From: an uncultured archaeon
GTDB lineage: Archaea > Hadarchaeota > Hadarchaeia > Hadarchaeales > WYZ-LMO6
Direction of reading: 5' to 3'
Assembly: GCA_938074535.1 (NCBI GenBank)
Contig: CALJER010000045.1
Coordinates: forward strand, 1-20,175
Length of the DNA: 20,175 bases
Shown: positions 7,935 through 17,035 of the stretch, piece after piece
Position numbering within the stretch: position 1 is the first letter of the stretch
How the letters are laid out: each line of letters opens with the position of its first letter
Program-made: the position numbers and the translations under genes
The notes under the pieces: model-generated
Told to the model about the DNA's origin: nothing
The model's input: only the letters and a program-made list of their open reading frames with translations
Database searches by the model: none

Positions 7935-7979
7935 CCGAAAAGCATAAAAGGAAGATGTTTCATCTCCATTATGAGTCAT
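7935..7979 (+). promoter_or_regulatory. Thermosome promoter (BRE/TATA-like) followed by palindromic operator candidates
   Basis: CCGAAAAG-CATAAAA, then the inverted repeat GAAGATG-ttt-CATCTCC (7951-7967) and ATGAGTCAT (7971-7979). RBS GGAGG precedes ATG 7999. Confidence 0.55.
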
Positions 7980-7998
7980 CAAGTTATGGAGGGTCAGC

Positions 7999-9642
7999 AT
8001 GGCGACTAAGCCCATCCTCATCCTGCCCGAGGGTGCGACGAGGCTGGTGGGAAGGGACGCCAAGCGCATGAACATAGCCGCGGCCAAGATCATAGCCGAG
8101 GCCGTCCGCACCACCCTGGGGCCCAGGGGCATGGACAAGATGATGGTGGACACCCTGGGGGACGTGACCATCACCAACGACGGCGTCACCATCCTTAAGG
8201 AGATGGATGTGGAGCACCCCGCCGCCAAGATGATGGTGGAGGTGGCGAAGACCATGGACGAGGAGGTGAAGGACGGAACCACCACGGCCGTGGTGGTGGC
8301 GGGGGCCCTCCTCCACCATGCCGAGAAGCTCCTGGATCAGGGCATCCATCCCATGATCATCGTCACGGGATACAGGATGGCCGCGGACAGGGCCAAGGAG
8401 ATTCTGGAGGAGCTGGCCGAAAAAACCTCCATCGAGGATACCGAGACCCTCCGCAAGATCGCCATCACCTCCATGACGGGGAAGAAGGCGGAGGGGGCCA
8501 GGGAGAAGCTGGCGGAGCTGGCCGTGGAGGCCATCAGGAGGATAGCGGACAAGGCGGACGGGAAGTACAGGGTGGACCTCGACCACGTGGGAATAGAGAA
8601 AAAGGCCGGCGGGAGCACGGACGATTCCCAGATCGTGAACGGGCTCATCCTGGACAAGGAAAGGGTGCACCCTGGCATGCCCGAGGTGGTCAAGAACGCC
8701 AGGATCGCTCTGCTGGACCTCCCCCTGGAGATAAAGAAGACCGAGACGGATGCGGAGATAAGGGTGACCAGACCGGAGCAGCTGCGGGCCTTCCTGGACC
8801 AGGAGGAGAAGATGCTCAAGGAGATGGTGGAGAGGATTTCCTCGGTGGGGGCCAACGTGGTTTTCTGCCAGAAGGGGATAGACGACCTGGCCCAGCACTA
8901 CCTGGCCAAGGCGGGCATCCTTGCCGCCAGGAGGGTGAAGAAGTCCGACATGGAAAAACTCTCGAGGGCCACGGGCGGGAAGATCGTCACCAACCTGGAG
9001 GACCTCACCCCCGCCGAGCTGGGGAAGGCGGGAACGGTGGAGGAGAGGAAGATCGGGGACAAGAAGTTCATCTTCGTCAGGGAGTGCGAAAACCCCAGAG
9101 CCGTGGGCATCCTGGTGAGGGGGGGCTCCGAGCACGTGACGGACGAGATCGAGAGGGGGCTCACCGATGCCCTGGGGGTGGTGGCGGCCGCCGTGGAGGA
9201 CAACAAGTACGTGTACGGGGGAGGGGCGCCCGAGATGGCCCTGGCCACCAGGCTGAGGGACTACGCGGACACGGTGGGGGGAAGGGAGGCCCTGGCCGTG
9301 AAAGCCTTTGCGGACGCCCTGGAGATCATCCCGAAAACCCTGGCCGAGAACGCGGGAATGGACAGCGTGGACATCCTGGTGGAGCTCAGGGCCAAGCACG
9401 CCAAACCGGAAGGGAAGTACTACGGGGTGGATGTCTACAGCGGAAAAATCGAGGACATGAAAAAGCTCGGTGTCGTGGAACCCCTCAGGGTGAAGACCCA
9501 GGCCATCAAGTCGGCGGCCGAGGCCGCCATCATGATCCTGAGAATCGACGACGTCATCGCCGCCGCTAAGAAATCCTTCCCCTCCCCCAAGACTCCGGGA
9601 GGGGAGGAGGGCGGGGAGAAGAGCGAAACGGAGAGCGACTGA
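7999..9642 (+). CDS. ths: Thermosome subunit (group II chaperonin)
   Basis: [42 protein letters not shown] and LRIDDVIAA; 547 aa. Confidence 0.97.
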   Translation: MATKPILILPEGATRLVGRDAKRMNIAAAKIIAEAVRTTLGPRGMDKMMVDTLGDVTITNDGVTILKEMDVEHPAAKMMVEVAKTMDEEVKDGTTTAVVVAGALLHHAEKLLDQGIHPMIIVTGYRMAADRAKEILEELAEKTSIEDTETLRKIAITSMTGKKAEGAREKLAELAVEAIRRIADKADGKYRVDLDHVGIEKKAGGSTDDSQIVNGLILDKERVHPGMPEVVKNARIALLDLPLEIKKTETDAEIRVTRPEQLRAFLDQEEKMLKEMVERISSVGANVVFCQKGIDDLAQHYLAKAGILAARRVKKSDMEKLSRATGGKIVTNLEDLTPAELGKAGTVEERKIGDKKFIFVRECENPRAVGILVRGGSEHVTDEIERGLTDALGVVAAAVEDNKYVYGGGAPEMALATRLRDYADTVGGREALAVKAFADALEIIPKTLAENAGMDSVDILVELRAKHAKPEGKYYGVDVYSGKIEDMKKLGVVEPLRVKTQAIKSAAEAAIMILRIDDVIAAAKKSFPSPKTPGGEEGGEKSETESD

Positions 9643-9778
9643 AGCACGGCGCCGCGGCTCACTCTCCCTTCTCCGAAGGGCCGGCACCCGGAAGCCCCTG
9701 GCCCCACCTTTCTGCCGCTTCCGCGGGTTCCGCCGCCATCCTCAAGACCGCGGGAGCTCCACCCGAACCAGCCGGCCC

Positions 9779-10240
9779 TCAGGGAAGAAAGACGGCTATG
9801 GCCACGGCGGCACCGTGACGCTTCACGATGTGCCCGGCCGAAACGGAAGTAACCTTGGTGGGCTGCAGCCCCCTCTCCTCCATCATGTACTTCACCATGG
9901 CCTCCGCCGTCTTGCCCGCCGTTCTCTCCGAAACCCCTATGTCGTGGTACTCCGAGATCATGCCGTGGGAGTCCTCGCTCATGGCCACCCCAAGGGCGGC
10001 CGCTATCTTCTGGCCCGGGGTGGAGCTGCAGATCTTGGAGATGACCACGGGAGTGAGGGTCCCGGGCGTGATGGGGGGAAGCTCGGAAAGAACGCAGCCC
10101 TGCGGGAGGATGCTGGACACGGGGATGAGGTTCAGCTCCCCCACTCCCGCCTTCCTCAGAGCGTTGTCGAGGGCCACGAGCTCAAAGGGCCCCTCAGCAC
10201 CCGCCGAAACCAGCGCGAACCTTTTGGGGGTAGTCCACAC
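9779..10240 (-). CDS. pdaD: Pyruvoyl-dependent arginine decarboxylase
   Basis: ALDNALRKAGVGELNLIPVSSILP, including the Ser-Ser self-cleavage site; 153 aa. Confidence 0.9.
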   Translation of the reverse strand: MWTTPKRFALVSAGAEGPFELVALDNALRKAGVGELNLIPVSSILPQGCVLSELPPITPGTLTPVVISKICSSTPGQKIAAALGVAMSEDSHGMISEYHDIGVSERTAGKTAEAMVKYMMEERGLQPTKVTSVSAGHIVKRHGAAVAIAVFLP

Positions 10241-10241
10241 C

Positions 10242-11771
10242 TCACCACTCCCTGGGCCTGTCCGAGAGCCTCTCCAGCATCATCCCTTCTATCCTCATGG
10301 GGAAGCTGCGCGAGACCACCTTCAGCGCCTCCTCCAGCTTGCTCTCATGCTCCGCATAGATTTCAAACAATTTTTCCCCCCTATTAACTTTATGTCCCCG
10401 CTTCACGAAAAGTCTTACCCCCGCCCCCTTGCTCCTGGGCGCGCCCGCCGCGCAGGCTATCGCCGTGATCCTCTCGTTGTGGATGTGGGTAACGTAGCCG
10501 TCCAGGGGGGACTCCACCGCCACCCTCTTCTCCCCCACCGGTAGGTCCTCCGGTCTCACCTTCGGGTCCCCTCCCTGGGCCTCGATCATCTCCCTCATCT
10601 TCGCCTCCGCCTTCCCCGACCTGAGGAGCTCCCAGGCCACCTCCCTCCCCCTCCCCAGGGGCGCCTTCCCGCCCATCTCCAGCATCACGCCCGCCAGGCT
10701 GAGCGCCTTCTCCCTGAGGCTGTTGGGTCCCTCCCCCCTCAGGGTCTCCAGCGCCTCCCTGGCCTCCAGGGCCGGGCCCACCGTCCTCCCCAGGGGCTGG
10801 CCCCCGTAGGTCAGGACCACCTCCACCTTGACGCGCAGCCTCCTACCCAGCTCCATGAAGTCGTGCGCCAGGGGGCGTGCCTCCTCCATCTCCCTGACCT
10901 TGGCGCCTGGACCCGTGGGGAGGTCTATGAGGATGTGCTCCGCGCCCTCCGCCAGCTTCTTGGCCATCACGCTCGCCAGCATCTGGCAGGGGGGATCGAT
11001 GCGCAGCACGCGCTCCGTTCTTATCAGGAGGTCGTCCGCAGGGGCAAGGCTCACCGAGCCGCCCCAGGCTATCACCCCTCCCACCCTCTCCACTATCTCC
11101 TTGATCTCCCCCAGGCTGAAGCTCACGTTCGCCAGGACCTCCATCACGTCCGCCGTCCCCGCCGCGCTCGTGATCGCCCTGCTGCTGGTCTTCGGCACCG
11201 TGAGGCCACCCGCCACCGCCAGGGGTACCGTCACCAGCGCGTACTTGTTTCCCGGTACGCCCCCTATGCTGTGCACGTCCACCACCGGTCCCCTCTCGAG
11301 CTTCAGTCTTTCCCCCGTCTCCACCATGTGGGTGGTGAGGGAGACGATCTCCTCCATGGACATCCCCCTGGTGTACTCCGCCACCACGAAGGCCGAAACC
11401 TCGGTGGGGGTGAGGTTGTTGCGGACGATGTCCCTGACCACCTCACCTATCTCCTCGTGCGTGAGGCGCTTCCCCTCCATCTTCTTCCTGATGGCCTCCA
11501 CGGAGGCGGGGGGAGGAAGGGGGGAGACCGCCACCCTGTCGCCGAGCTTCAGCCCCATCCCCCTGGAGACCTCCAGCAGGACCCCCACCTCCCCCCTCCC
11601 CACCATTTCCCCCGTGAGGTTCACGGCCGCCACCAGAGAAGAGGAGGGGGTGGAGAGCTTCACCCTGTCCCCCACGTAGAGTCCCAGCTCCTCGGCGTCG
11701 CGTTCGTGGAGGAGCACCAGGTTGTACCCGGATTCCATCTCGATGGGTCTGACCGAGAGGGTGAGCACCAT
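10242..11771 (-). CDS. deoA: AMP phosphorylase (archaeal thymidine-phosphorylase family)
   Basis: N-terminal beta-barrel extension, DVHSIGGVPGNK, PKTSSRAITSAAGTAD and APADD; 509 aa. Confidence 0.93.
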   Translation of the reverse strand: MVLTLSVRPIEMESGYNLVLLHERDAEELGLYVGDRVKLSTPSSSLVAAVNLTGEMVGRGEVGVLLEVSRGMGLKLGDRVAVSPLPPPASVEAIRKKMEGKRLTHEEIGEVVRDIVRNNLTPTEVSAFVVAEYTRGMSMEEIVSLTTHMVETGERLKLERGPVVDVHSIGGVPGNKYALVTVPLAVAGGLTVPKTSSRAITSAAGTADVMEVLANVSFSLGEIKEIVERVGGVIAWGGSVSLAPADDLLIRTERVLRIDPPCQMLASVMAKKLAEGAEHILIDLPTGPGAKVREMEEARPLAHDFMELGRRLRVKVEVVLTYGGQPLGRTVGPALEAREALETLRGEGPNSLREKALSLAGVMLEMGGKAPLGRGREVAWELLRSGKAEAKMREMIEAQGGDPKVRPEDLPVGEKRVAVESPLDGYVTHIHNERITAIACAAGAPRSKGAGVRLFVKRGHKVNRGEKLFEIYAEHESKLEEALKVVSRSFPMRIEGMMLERLSDRPREW

Positions 11772-11795
11772 TTCTTTTCTTTCCTCTCCCCCTTT

Positions 11796-11815
11796 ATCTT
11801 CCTTTTAGTTCTTCG
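11796..11815 (-). promoter_or_regulatory. Promoter candidate for AMP phosphorylase-pdaD
   Basis: Minus strand reads CGAAGAAC-TAAAAGGAAGAT; the last 12 nt are identical to the thermosome promoter at 7945-7956. Confidence 0.45.
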
Positions 11816-11820
11816 CAGGC

Positions 11821-12621
11821 TCAGTAGACGATCACGCTCTGGACGCTCGGCAGGGCCCTGAGCTCCTCTATGATCTTCCCCTTCAGAGGACGGTCCGTCA
11901 CCACCGTAAGCTTGGGGAGGGGGACGAGATGGGGGTCATCGGCCGCCACCTGCCTCACGCTCACTCTGGACCTGGAGAGGACCTCCGCCACCTCGTGCAG
12001 GATACCGGGCTTGGTGGGATCCTCCGCCGTGATCTCCACCACCCCCAGACCCAGCTGGTGGGCCACGCTCTTCAGGTAGGGGAGGGGCTCCAGGTTGGAG
12101 AAGAGGGGGCCCAGCTTCTCGTCCCCGAGCAGGGTCAGGGCGGTGGTCTCCACCGTCCTCCTGTCCACCCCCGCCTCTCTGGCCACCTGCATGGAGGGAA
12201 CCCTGAGGTTCCTGCACATGACCTTCCCCCCCTTCCCCACCCTCAGCCCGTGGGTGAAGAGGACCTTGGCCACCCTCAGCTGCGCGGGGTAGTCCCTGAA
12301 GACCCTGTTCAGGTGGTTCCACCACTCCGCCCTCCCCAGCCTCTCCGCCTGCTTCTGGGTGGCCCTCGAGATGATCACCCTCATCACGGTCTCCGCCACC
12401 TCCGGGTCCAGGCCCTGCTCCCTGGCCAGCCTCCTGGCCCTCTCCACCACCTCCTCCTCCCTCCCCTCGTCCCTGAGGGGCCTGCCCTCCCTCTCCTTCA
12501 CCCTGGCTATCTCCCCGGCCAGGGCCATCCTCCTGGCCAGGAGCATCACCAGCTGATGGTCTATTCTATCTATCTCCGCCCGGAGTTCCTCCAGCTTCTT
12601 CCCAGGCCCGGAGGCGGTCAC
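11821..12621 (-). CDS. Chorismate mutase (AroQ) fused to a COG2150-like HTH+ACT amino-acid-metabolism regulator domain
   Basis: N-terminal LEELRAEIDRIDHQLVMLLARR...KEREGRPLRDEGREEEV is AroQ-like. C-terminal part has YPAQLRVAK...VAREAGVDRRTV (HTH) and PGILHEVAEVLSRSRVSVRQ (ACT). GTG start at 12621 (or 12624) overlaps the aroK stop after GAGGTGA. The upstream extension to 13491 is a spurious alternative frame of aroK. Confidence 0.85.
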   Translation of the reverse strand: MTASGPGKKLEELRAEIDRIDHQLVMLLARRMALAGEIARVKEREGRPLRDEGREEEVVERARRLAREQGLDPEVAETVMRVIISRATQKQAERLGRAEWWNHLNRVFRDYPAQLRVAKVLFTHGLRVGKGGKVMCRNLRVPSMQVAREAGVDRRTVETTALTLLGDEKLGPLFSNLEPLPYLKSVAHQLGLGVVEITAEDPTKPGILHEVAEVLSRSRVSVRQVAADDPHLVPLPKLTVVTDRPLKGKIIEELRALPSVQSVIVY

Positions 12622-13481
12622 CACTTCACCTCTGCTCCAGAGGAAGAAGGCCGGGTGACGAGCACCCCCCCCTCCCTTCTCTCCCAGGCCTCCTTTATAC
12701 GTTTGGTTCTGGAGGGCTCGCAAACCGCCACCGTGGCCGGTCCTTTCCCCGTGAGGCCTGCGGCGAGGGCCCCCAGGGAGAGGGCCTCCAGCGCCACCGA
12801 GGGGTCGTGACCCAGCACGGAGGAGTAGAGCAGGCCGTTGACCGTCATCGCCCCCCAGAGGTTCCCCAGGAGGGCCTGGCGGTGCAGCTCCCCCACCATT
12901 CCCCTTATGGAGACCAGGGCCTCCCTCCTCACCTGCGAGGTGTAGAGCTTCCGCGGGGGAAGGTGGACGAGCACCTCCAGCCCGGGGTCCACCTCGAACC
13001 TCTTCAGGATCCTCCTCCTCAGGTTGTCCGTGAGCACGCCTCCGCCCAGGTAGGAAGCCGCGGCATCGTCCAGGGCACCCGTCAGGGTCACACCCTCCTC
13101 CAGGGAGGCCTGGATGGCCAGCTCCAGAACCTCCCTCGGCCTGGGCTTCTTCCCCAGCGCGGCGAAGGCCGCCAGCACCGCGGCGTTGCTGGCGGCGCTG
13201 CTGCTGGAGAGCCCCACGGCCACGGGCACGCCCGCCGTGGTCCTCACCCTGGCCCCGTACTCCCCCAGCACCCCCTCCCTCTCCAGGACCTTCCTCACGC
13301 ACCTCTCCACCAGCGAGGGGCTCTCCCTGGCCCCCCTCACCTCCCCCCTCACCCCCCTCCCCCCCTCCACCAGCTCCACCTCCGCCTCCACCCTCAGCTC
13401 CACGGCGAAGGCCCCTCCCTTCCCCGTCGCGAGGGCGTTGATGACGGTGGCCGACCCGCAGGCCGAGGCCCTCCCCCTCAA
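12618..13481 (-). CDS. aroK: Shikimate kinase, archaeal GHMP type
   Basis: [31 protein letters not shown] (GHMP loop), TGALDDA and GLTGKGPA; lies within the aro cluster. Confidence 0.93.
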   Translation of the reverse strand: MRGRASACGSATVINALATGKGGAFAVELRVEAEVELVEGGRGVRGEVRGARESPSLVERCVRKVLEREGVLGEYGARVRTTAGVPVAVGLSSSSAASNAAVLAAFAALGKKPRPREVLELAIQASLEEGVTLTGALDDAAASYLGGGVLTDNLRRRILKRFEVDPGLEVLVHLPPRKLYTSQVRREALVSIRGMVGELHRQALLGNLWGAMTVNGLLYSSVLGHDPSVALEALSLGALAAGLTGKGPATVAVCEPSRTKRIKEAWERREGGVLVTRPSSSGAEVKW

Positions 13482-14581
13482 CCCCTTTCACCCCATCGGT
13501 CGGGAGGAAGCTTTCCGGAAAGGAGCAGGTGATCCGCCAGCACCAGCGCCAGCATGGCCTCCGCCACGGGCACCACCCTGGGGCAGAGGTTGGGATCGAA
13601 CCTTCCCCTCAGCTCCACCACCGTCTCCTCCCCCCTCTCCAGGTCCACCGTGCGCTGCGGAAGGGAGATGGAGGGGGTGGGCTTCACCGTGAGGCGGACC
13701 ACGATGGGCGTGCCCACGCTTATCCCCCCCAGGATGCCTCCGGCCTTGTTGGTGAGGGTGGTGATCCTCCCCTCCCTCAGCACGATGGGGTCGTTGGCCT
13801 CCGACCCCCTCATCCTGGCGAACCTCGTTCCCTCCCCTATCTCCACCGCCTTCACCCCCCCTATGGACATCATGGCATGGGCTATGTCGGCATCCAGCTT
13901 GTCGAACACGGGGTCGCCGAGGCCCGGGGGAACTCCCACCGCCCTCACCTCCACCACCCCTCCCGTGCTGTCCCCCTGCCTGGCCGCCTCGAGCACGGCT
14001 TCCTCCATCCTCCTGGCCACCTCGGGGTCGGCGCACCTCATGGGGTTGCGCTCCGCGTTCTCCCTTATCTCCCTGTCCTCCACCTCCCTCTCCACCCTCA
14101 CCCCCGCAGCCTCGAGGGTGTGCCCCAGCACCTCCACCCCGCAGGAGGAGAGGAGGAGCTTCGCCACCGCACCCGCCGCCACTCTCCCCACCGTCTCCCT
14201 GCCCGACGACCTGCCGCCTCCCCTCCAGTCCACGTGCCCGTACTTCAGGAGGTAGGTCAGGTCGGCATGGCCCGGCCGTGGTTTGGTCTTCACCTGCTCG
14301 TAGGCCGAAGGATCCGCCCCCTCGTTCCTCACCATCAGGCAGAGGGGGGCCCCCGTGGTCCTGCCCTCGAAGACGCCGGAGAGGATTTCCACCCTGTCCC
14401 TCTCCTGCCTCGGGCTGCTCACCGGACTCTGCCCAGGCCTCCTCCTGTCCAGCTCCCTCTGGAGGTCCTCCTCCCGGAGGGGAAGGCCCGCGGGCACCCC
14501 CTCCACCACCACCCCCACGGCCGGGCCGTGGGACTCCCCGAAGGTCATGACCCTGAGCTTTTTACCGAAGAGGCTTCCCAT
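13478..14581 (-). CDS. aroC: Chorismate synthase
   Basis: [30 protein letters not shown] and GRFDP. ATG 14581 follows a GGTGGAGG RBS. Confidence 0.96.
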   Translation of the reverse strand: MGSLFGKKLRVMTFGESHGPAVGVVVEGVPAGLPLREEDLQRELDRRRPGQSPVSSPRQERDRVEILSGVFEGRTTGAPLCLMVRNEGADPSAYEQVKTKPRPGHADLTYLLKYGHVDWRGGGRSSGRETVGRVAAGAVAKLLLSSCGVEVLGHTLEAAGVRVEREVEDREIRENAERNPMRCADPEVARRMEEAVLEAARQGDSTGGVVEVRAVGVPPGLGDPVFDKLDADIAHAMMSIGGVKAVEIGEGTRFARMRGSEANDPIVLREGRITTLTNKAGGILGGISVGTPIVVRLTVKPTPSISLPQRTVDLERGEETVVELRGRFDPNLCPRVVPVAEAMLALVLADHLLLSGKLPPDRWGERG

Positions 14582-14646
14582 CCCTCCACCCACTGAAGAG
14601 GGAGGCCCAACCTAAAAGGACCGTCTGCCCGATCCCCGCAGGGGAA

Positions 14647-15933
14647 TCAGACGCACTCCATCCTGGCCCCGAGCCTCTTCATGTCCTCCACGAAGGTGGG
14701 ATAGGAGACGGGTATGGCCTCGGCCCCCTCCACCACCGTGGTCCCCTCGGCCACCAGTCCCGCCACGGCCAGGGCCATCGCCATCCGGTGGTCCCCGAAG
14801 GAGCTCACCCTCGCCCCCCTGAGCCTCCTCACCCCCCTTATCCTGAGTTCGTCGGGGAGCTCCCTCACCTCCGCACCCATCTTCCCCAGCTCCGAGGAAA
14901 GGGCGTGCAGCCTGTCCGTCTCCTTCAGGCGCAGGTGGGGAATGTTGGTGAGGACCGTCCTTCCCTCCGCCACGGATCCCAGCACCGCCAGGACGGGAAC
15001 CAGGTCGGGGCAGTCGCCGCAGTCCACCTCCACCCCCTCCAGCCTCTCCGCACCCACGACGGTGAGGGACCGGTCCCCGACCTCCACCTCCGCCCCGAAC
15101 TCCTCCAGCAGCTCCGCGATGACCCTGTCCCCCTGCGGGTCGGAGGGGTCCAGGTTGCTCACCCTCACCTCCGAGCCCGCCAGGGCCCCGGCCGCCAGCA
15201 CAAAGGAGGCGGAGGAATAGTCCCCCGGAACGGTGAGGGAGAGGGGGCGGAAGAGCTGCTCGCCCGGAATCCTGAACTCCGTGAGCCCGGCGTTCCTCCT
15301 TATCCTGGCCCCCACCCTCTCCAGCAGGGAGAGGGTGACCTCCACGTAGGGGCGCGAGCGGAGCTCCCCCACCACCCTCAGCTTCACCTCCTCCCCGGCG
15401 TAGGGACAGGAGATGAGGAGGGCGGAGATGAACTGTGAGCTCACCTCCCCGGTGATCTCCGCTTCTCCCCCCACCATCCCCCCTCCCACCACCACGGGGG
15501 GACGACCGCCTTCCCCCTCGCACCTGGCCTCCACCCCAAGCTCCCTCAGGGCCTCCACCAGGGGGCCCATGGGGCGTCTCCTGAGGGACTCGTCTCCCGT
15601 GAGCCGCACCGGGGAAGGCGAGTGGGAGGCCACGGCCGTCATGATCCGGAGGGTGGTGCCCGAGTTCCTCGCGTCTATGAGGGGGGAGCGCGGCCTCAGC
15701 CTTCCCCCCGTCCCCTCCATCCTCCACTCCCCGGGGGAAGCCGAAACCCCCGCCCCCAGCACCCTGCAGGCCTCGAGGGTGGCCTCCGTGTCAAGGCTCG
15801 CGAGGGGACCCAGGATCCTGCTCTCCCCCTCGGCCAGCAGGGCCAGGGAGGCGGCCCTGTGGGTGTAGCTCTTGGAGGGTGGGGCCCTCACCTCCCCCCC
15901 TAACCTGGACGGACGGACCAGGAGGGAAGCCAT
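14647..15933 (-). CDS. aroA: 3-phosphoshikimate 1-carboxyvinyltransferase (EPSP synthase)
   Basis: PPSKSYTHR, NSGTTLR, SSQFISALL, KETDR and DHRMAM. ATG 15933 follows GAGGAG. Confidence 0.96.
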   Translation of the reverse strand: MASLLVRPSRLGGEVRAPPSKSYTHRAASLALLAEGESRILGPLASLDTEATLEACRVLGAGVSASPGEWRMEGTGGRLRPRSPLIDARNSGTTLRIMTAVASHSPSPVRLTGDESLRRRPMGPLVEALRELGVEARCEGEGGRPPVVVGGGMVGGEAEITGEVSSQFISALLISCPYAGEEVKLRVVGELRSRPYVEVTLSLLERVGARIRRNAGLTEFRIPGEQLFRPLSLTVPGDYSSASFVLAAGALAGSEVRVSNLDPSDPQGDRVIAELLEEFGAEVEVGDRSLTVVGAERLEGVEVDCGDCPDLVPVLAVLGSVAEGRTVLTNIPHLRLKETDRLHALSSELGKMGAEVRELPDELRIRGVRRLRGARVSSFGDHRMAMALAVAGLVAEGTTVVEGAEAIPVSYPTFVEDMKRLGARMECV

Positions 15934-15976
15934 CAACTCCTCTGCGAGGGCCGTCCTAATAGCCGTACCGCCAGGT

Positions 15977-17023
15977 TCAGGAACCGAAGACCCTCTCGTA
16001 TTCCCTCAGGTACCTGCGCTGCTCCTCCGTGAGGTGGGTGGGGACCTTTATCACCACCCTCGCATGGAGGTCCCCTCTTCCCCCCTCCGGCCTGGGCAGT
16101 CCCTCCCCGCGGATTCTGAAGACGTGCCCGTCCTGGGTCCCCGGGGGAACCCTCAGGCTGGCCTTCCCCCTGAGGGTGGGGACCTCCACCGTGCATCCCA
16201 GGGCCGCCTGGGGAAGGGTCAAAGGGAGATCGCAGAGGAGGTCGCTCCCCACCCTCTGGAAGAGGGGGTGTTCCCGTATCTTCACGGTGAGGTAAAGGTC
16301 GCCCGGGGGACCCCTTCCCCTCCCCCCTTCCCCCCTCACCCTCAGCACCGAGCCCTCCTCCACGCCCGGCGGGATCCTCACCCTCACCCTCCTCTTCCTC
16401 ACCGCCCTGCCCGAGCCCCCGCACCCCTGGCAGGGTTTCACCACCACCCTCCCCGAGCCCCCGCACTCGGCACAGGAGGTCCTCACGCTGGTGAAGAAGC
16501 TCCCCAGGCTGCGGGTGAACTCCCTCCACCCCGAGCCCCCGCAGCCCGCGCAGGCCCGCAGGCCCCCGGGAGCGGCCCCCGACCCGGAGCAGGAGGGGCA
16601 CTCCTCCACCCTCTCCACCTCCACCTCCTTCTCCCCTCCAGAGGCCACCTCCTCCAGCTCCAGCTCCAGCTCTCCCGTCAGGTCCCTCCCCCCGCCGCGT
16701 CCCCCCCCGAAAAAGATGTCGAAGATCCTGTCCAGGTCGGCGAAGCCGAAGCCCCGGAGGAGGTCGAAGTCGAACCCGCGCAGGAGGTCCTCCGCGCTGT
16801 ACCTGCCCGTGAACCATGCATGTCCCCAGCGGTCGTACTCCGCCCTCTTCTGGTCATCCGAAAGCACGGCGTAGGCCTCCGAGATCTCCTTGAACTTTTC
16901 CTCGGCGTCGGGCGACTTGTTCCTGTCGGGGTGGTACTTCATCGCCAGCTCCCTGTAGGCCTTCTTGATCTCTTCCTTGCTGGCGTTCCTGCTGACGCCC
17001 AGGATCTCGTAGTAATCCTTCAT
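15977..17023 (-). CDS. dnaJ: Chaperone DnaJ
   Basis: J domain with HPD (KDYYEILGV...YHPD), G/F-rich region, four CxxCxGxG repeats and the C-terminal domain. Confidence 0.96.
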   Translation of the reverse strand: MKDYYEILGVSRNASKEEIKKAYRELAMKYHPDRNKSPDAEEKFKEISEAYAVLSDDQKRAEYDRWGHAWFTGRYSAEDLLRGFDFDLLRGFGFADLDRIFDIFFGGGRGGGRDLTGELELELEEVASGGEKEVEVERVEECPSCSGSGAAPGGLRACAGCGGSGWREFTRSLGSFFTSVRTSCAECGGSGRVVVKPCQGCGGSGRAVRKRRVRVRIPPGVEEGSVLRVRGEGGRGRGPPGDLYLTVKIREHPLFQRVGSDLLCDLPLTLPQAALGCTVEVPTLRGKASLRVPPGTQDGHVFRIRGEGLPRPEGGRGDLHARVVIKVPTHLTEEQRRYLREYERVFGS

Positions 17024-17035
17024 GCTTCCCCTGGA

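Noticed and set aside
4843-9687. Long shadow ORFs (4843-7191 -, 5889-8009 +, 7984-9687 -) and many similar shorter ones
   Set aside because: They overlap well-supported genes, have G/R/P-rich composition and show no recognisable domains.
9659-9739. 26-aa minus-strand mini-ORF (MAAEPAEAAERWGQ...) after pdaD
   Set aside because: Very short, with no recognisable motif or convincing RBS spacing; expected by chance at high GC.
14631-14646. TCCCC-gca-GGGGA hairpin after the aroA stop, similar to the 4028-4040 hairpin
   Set aside because: A 5-bp G/C-run stem is too common in this genome to imply a repeat family or terminator.
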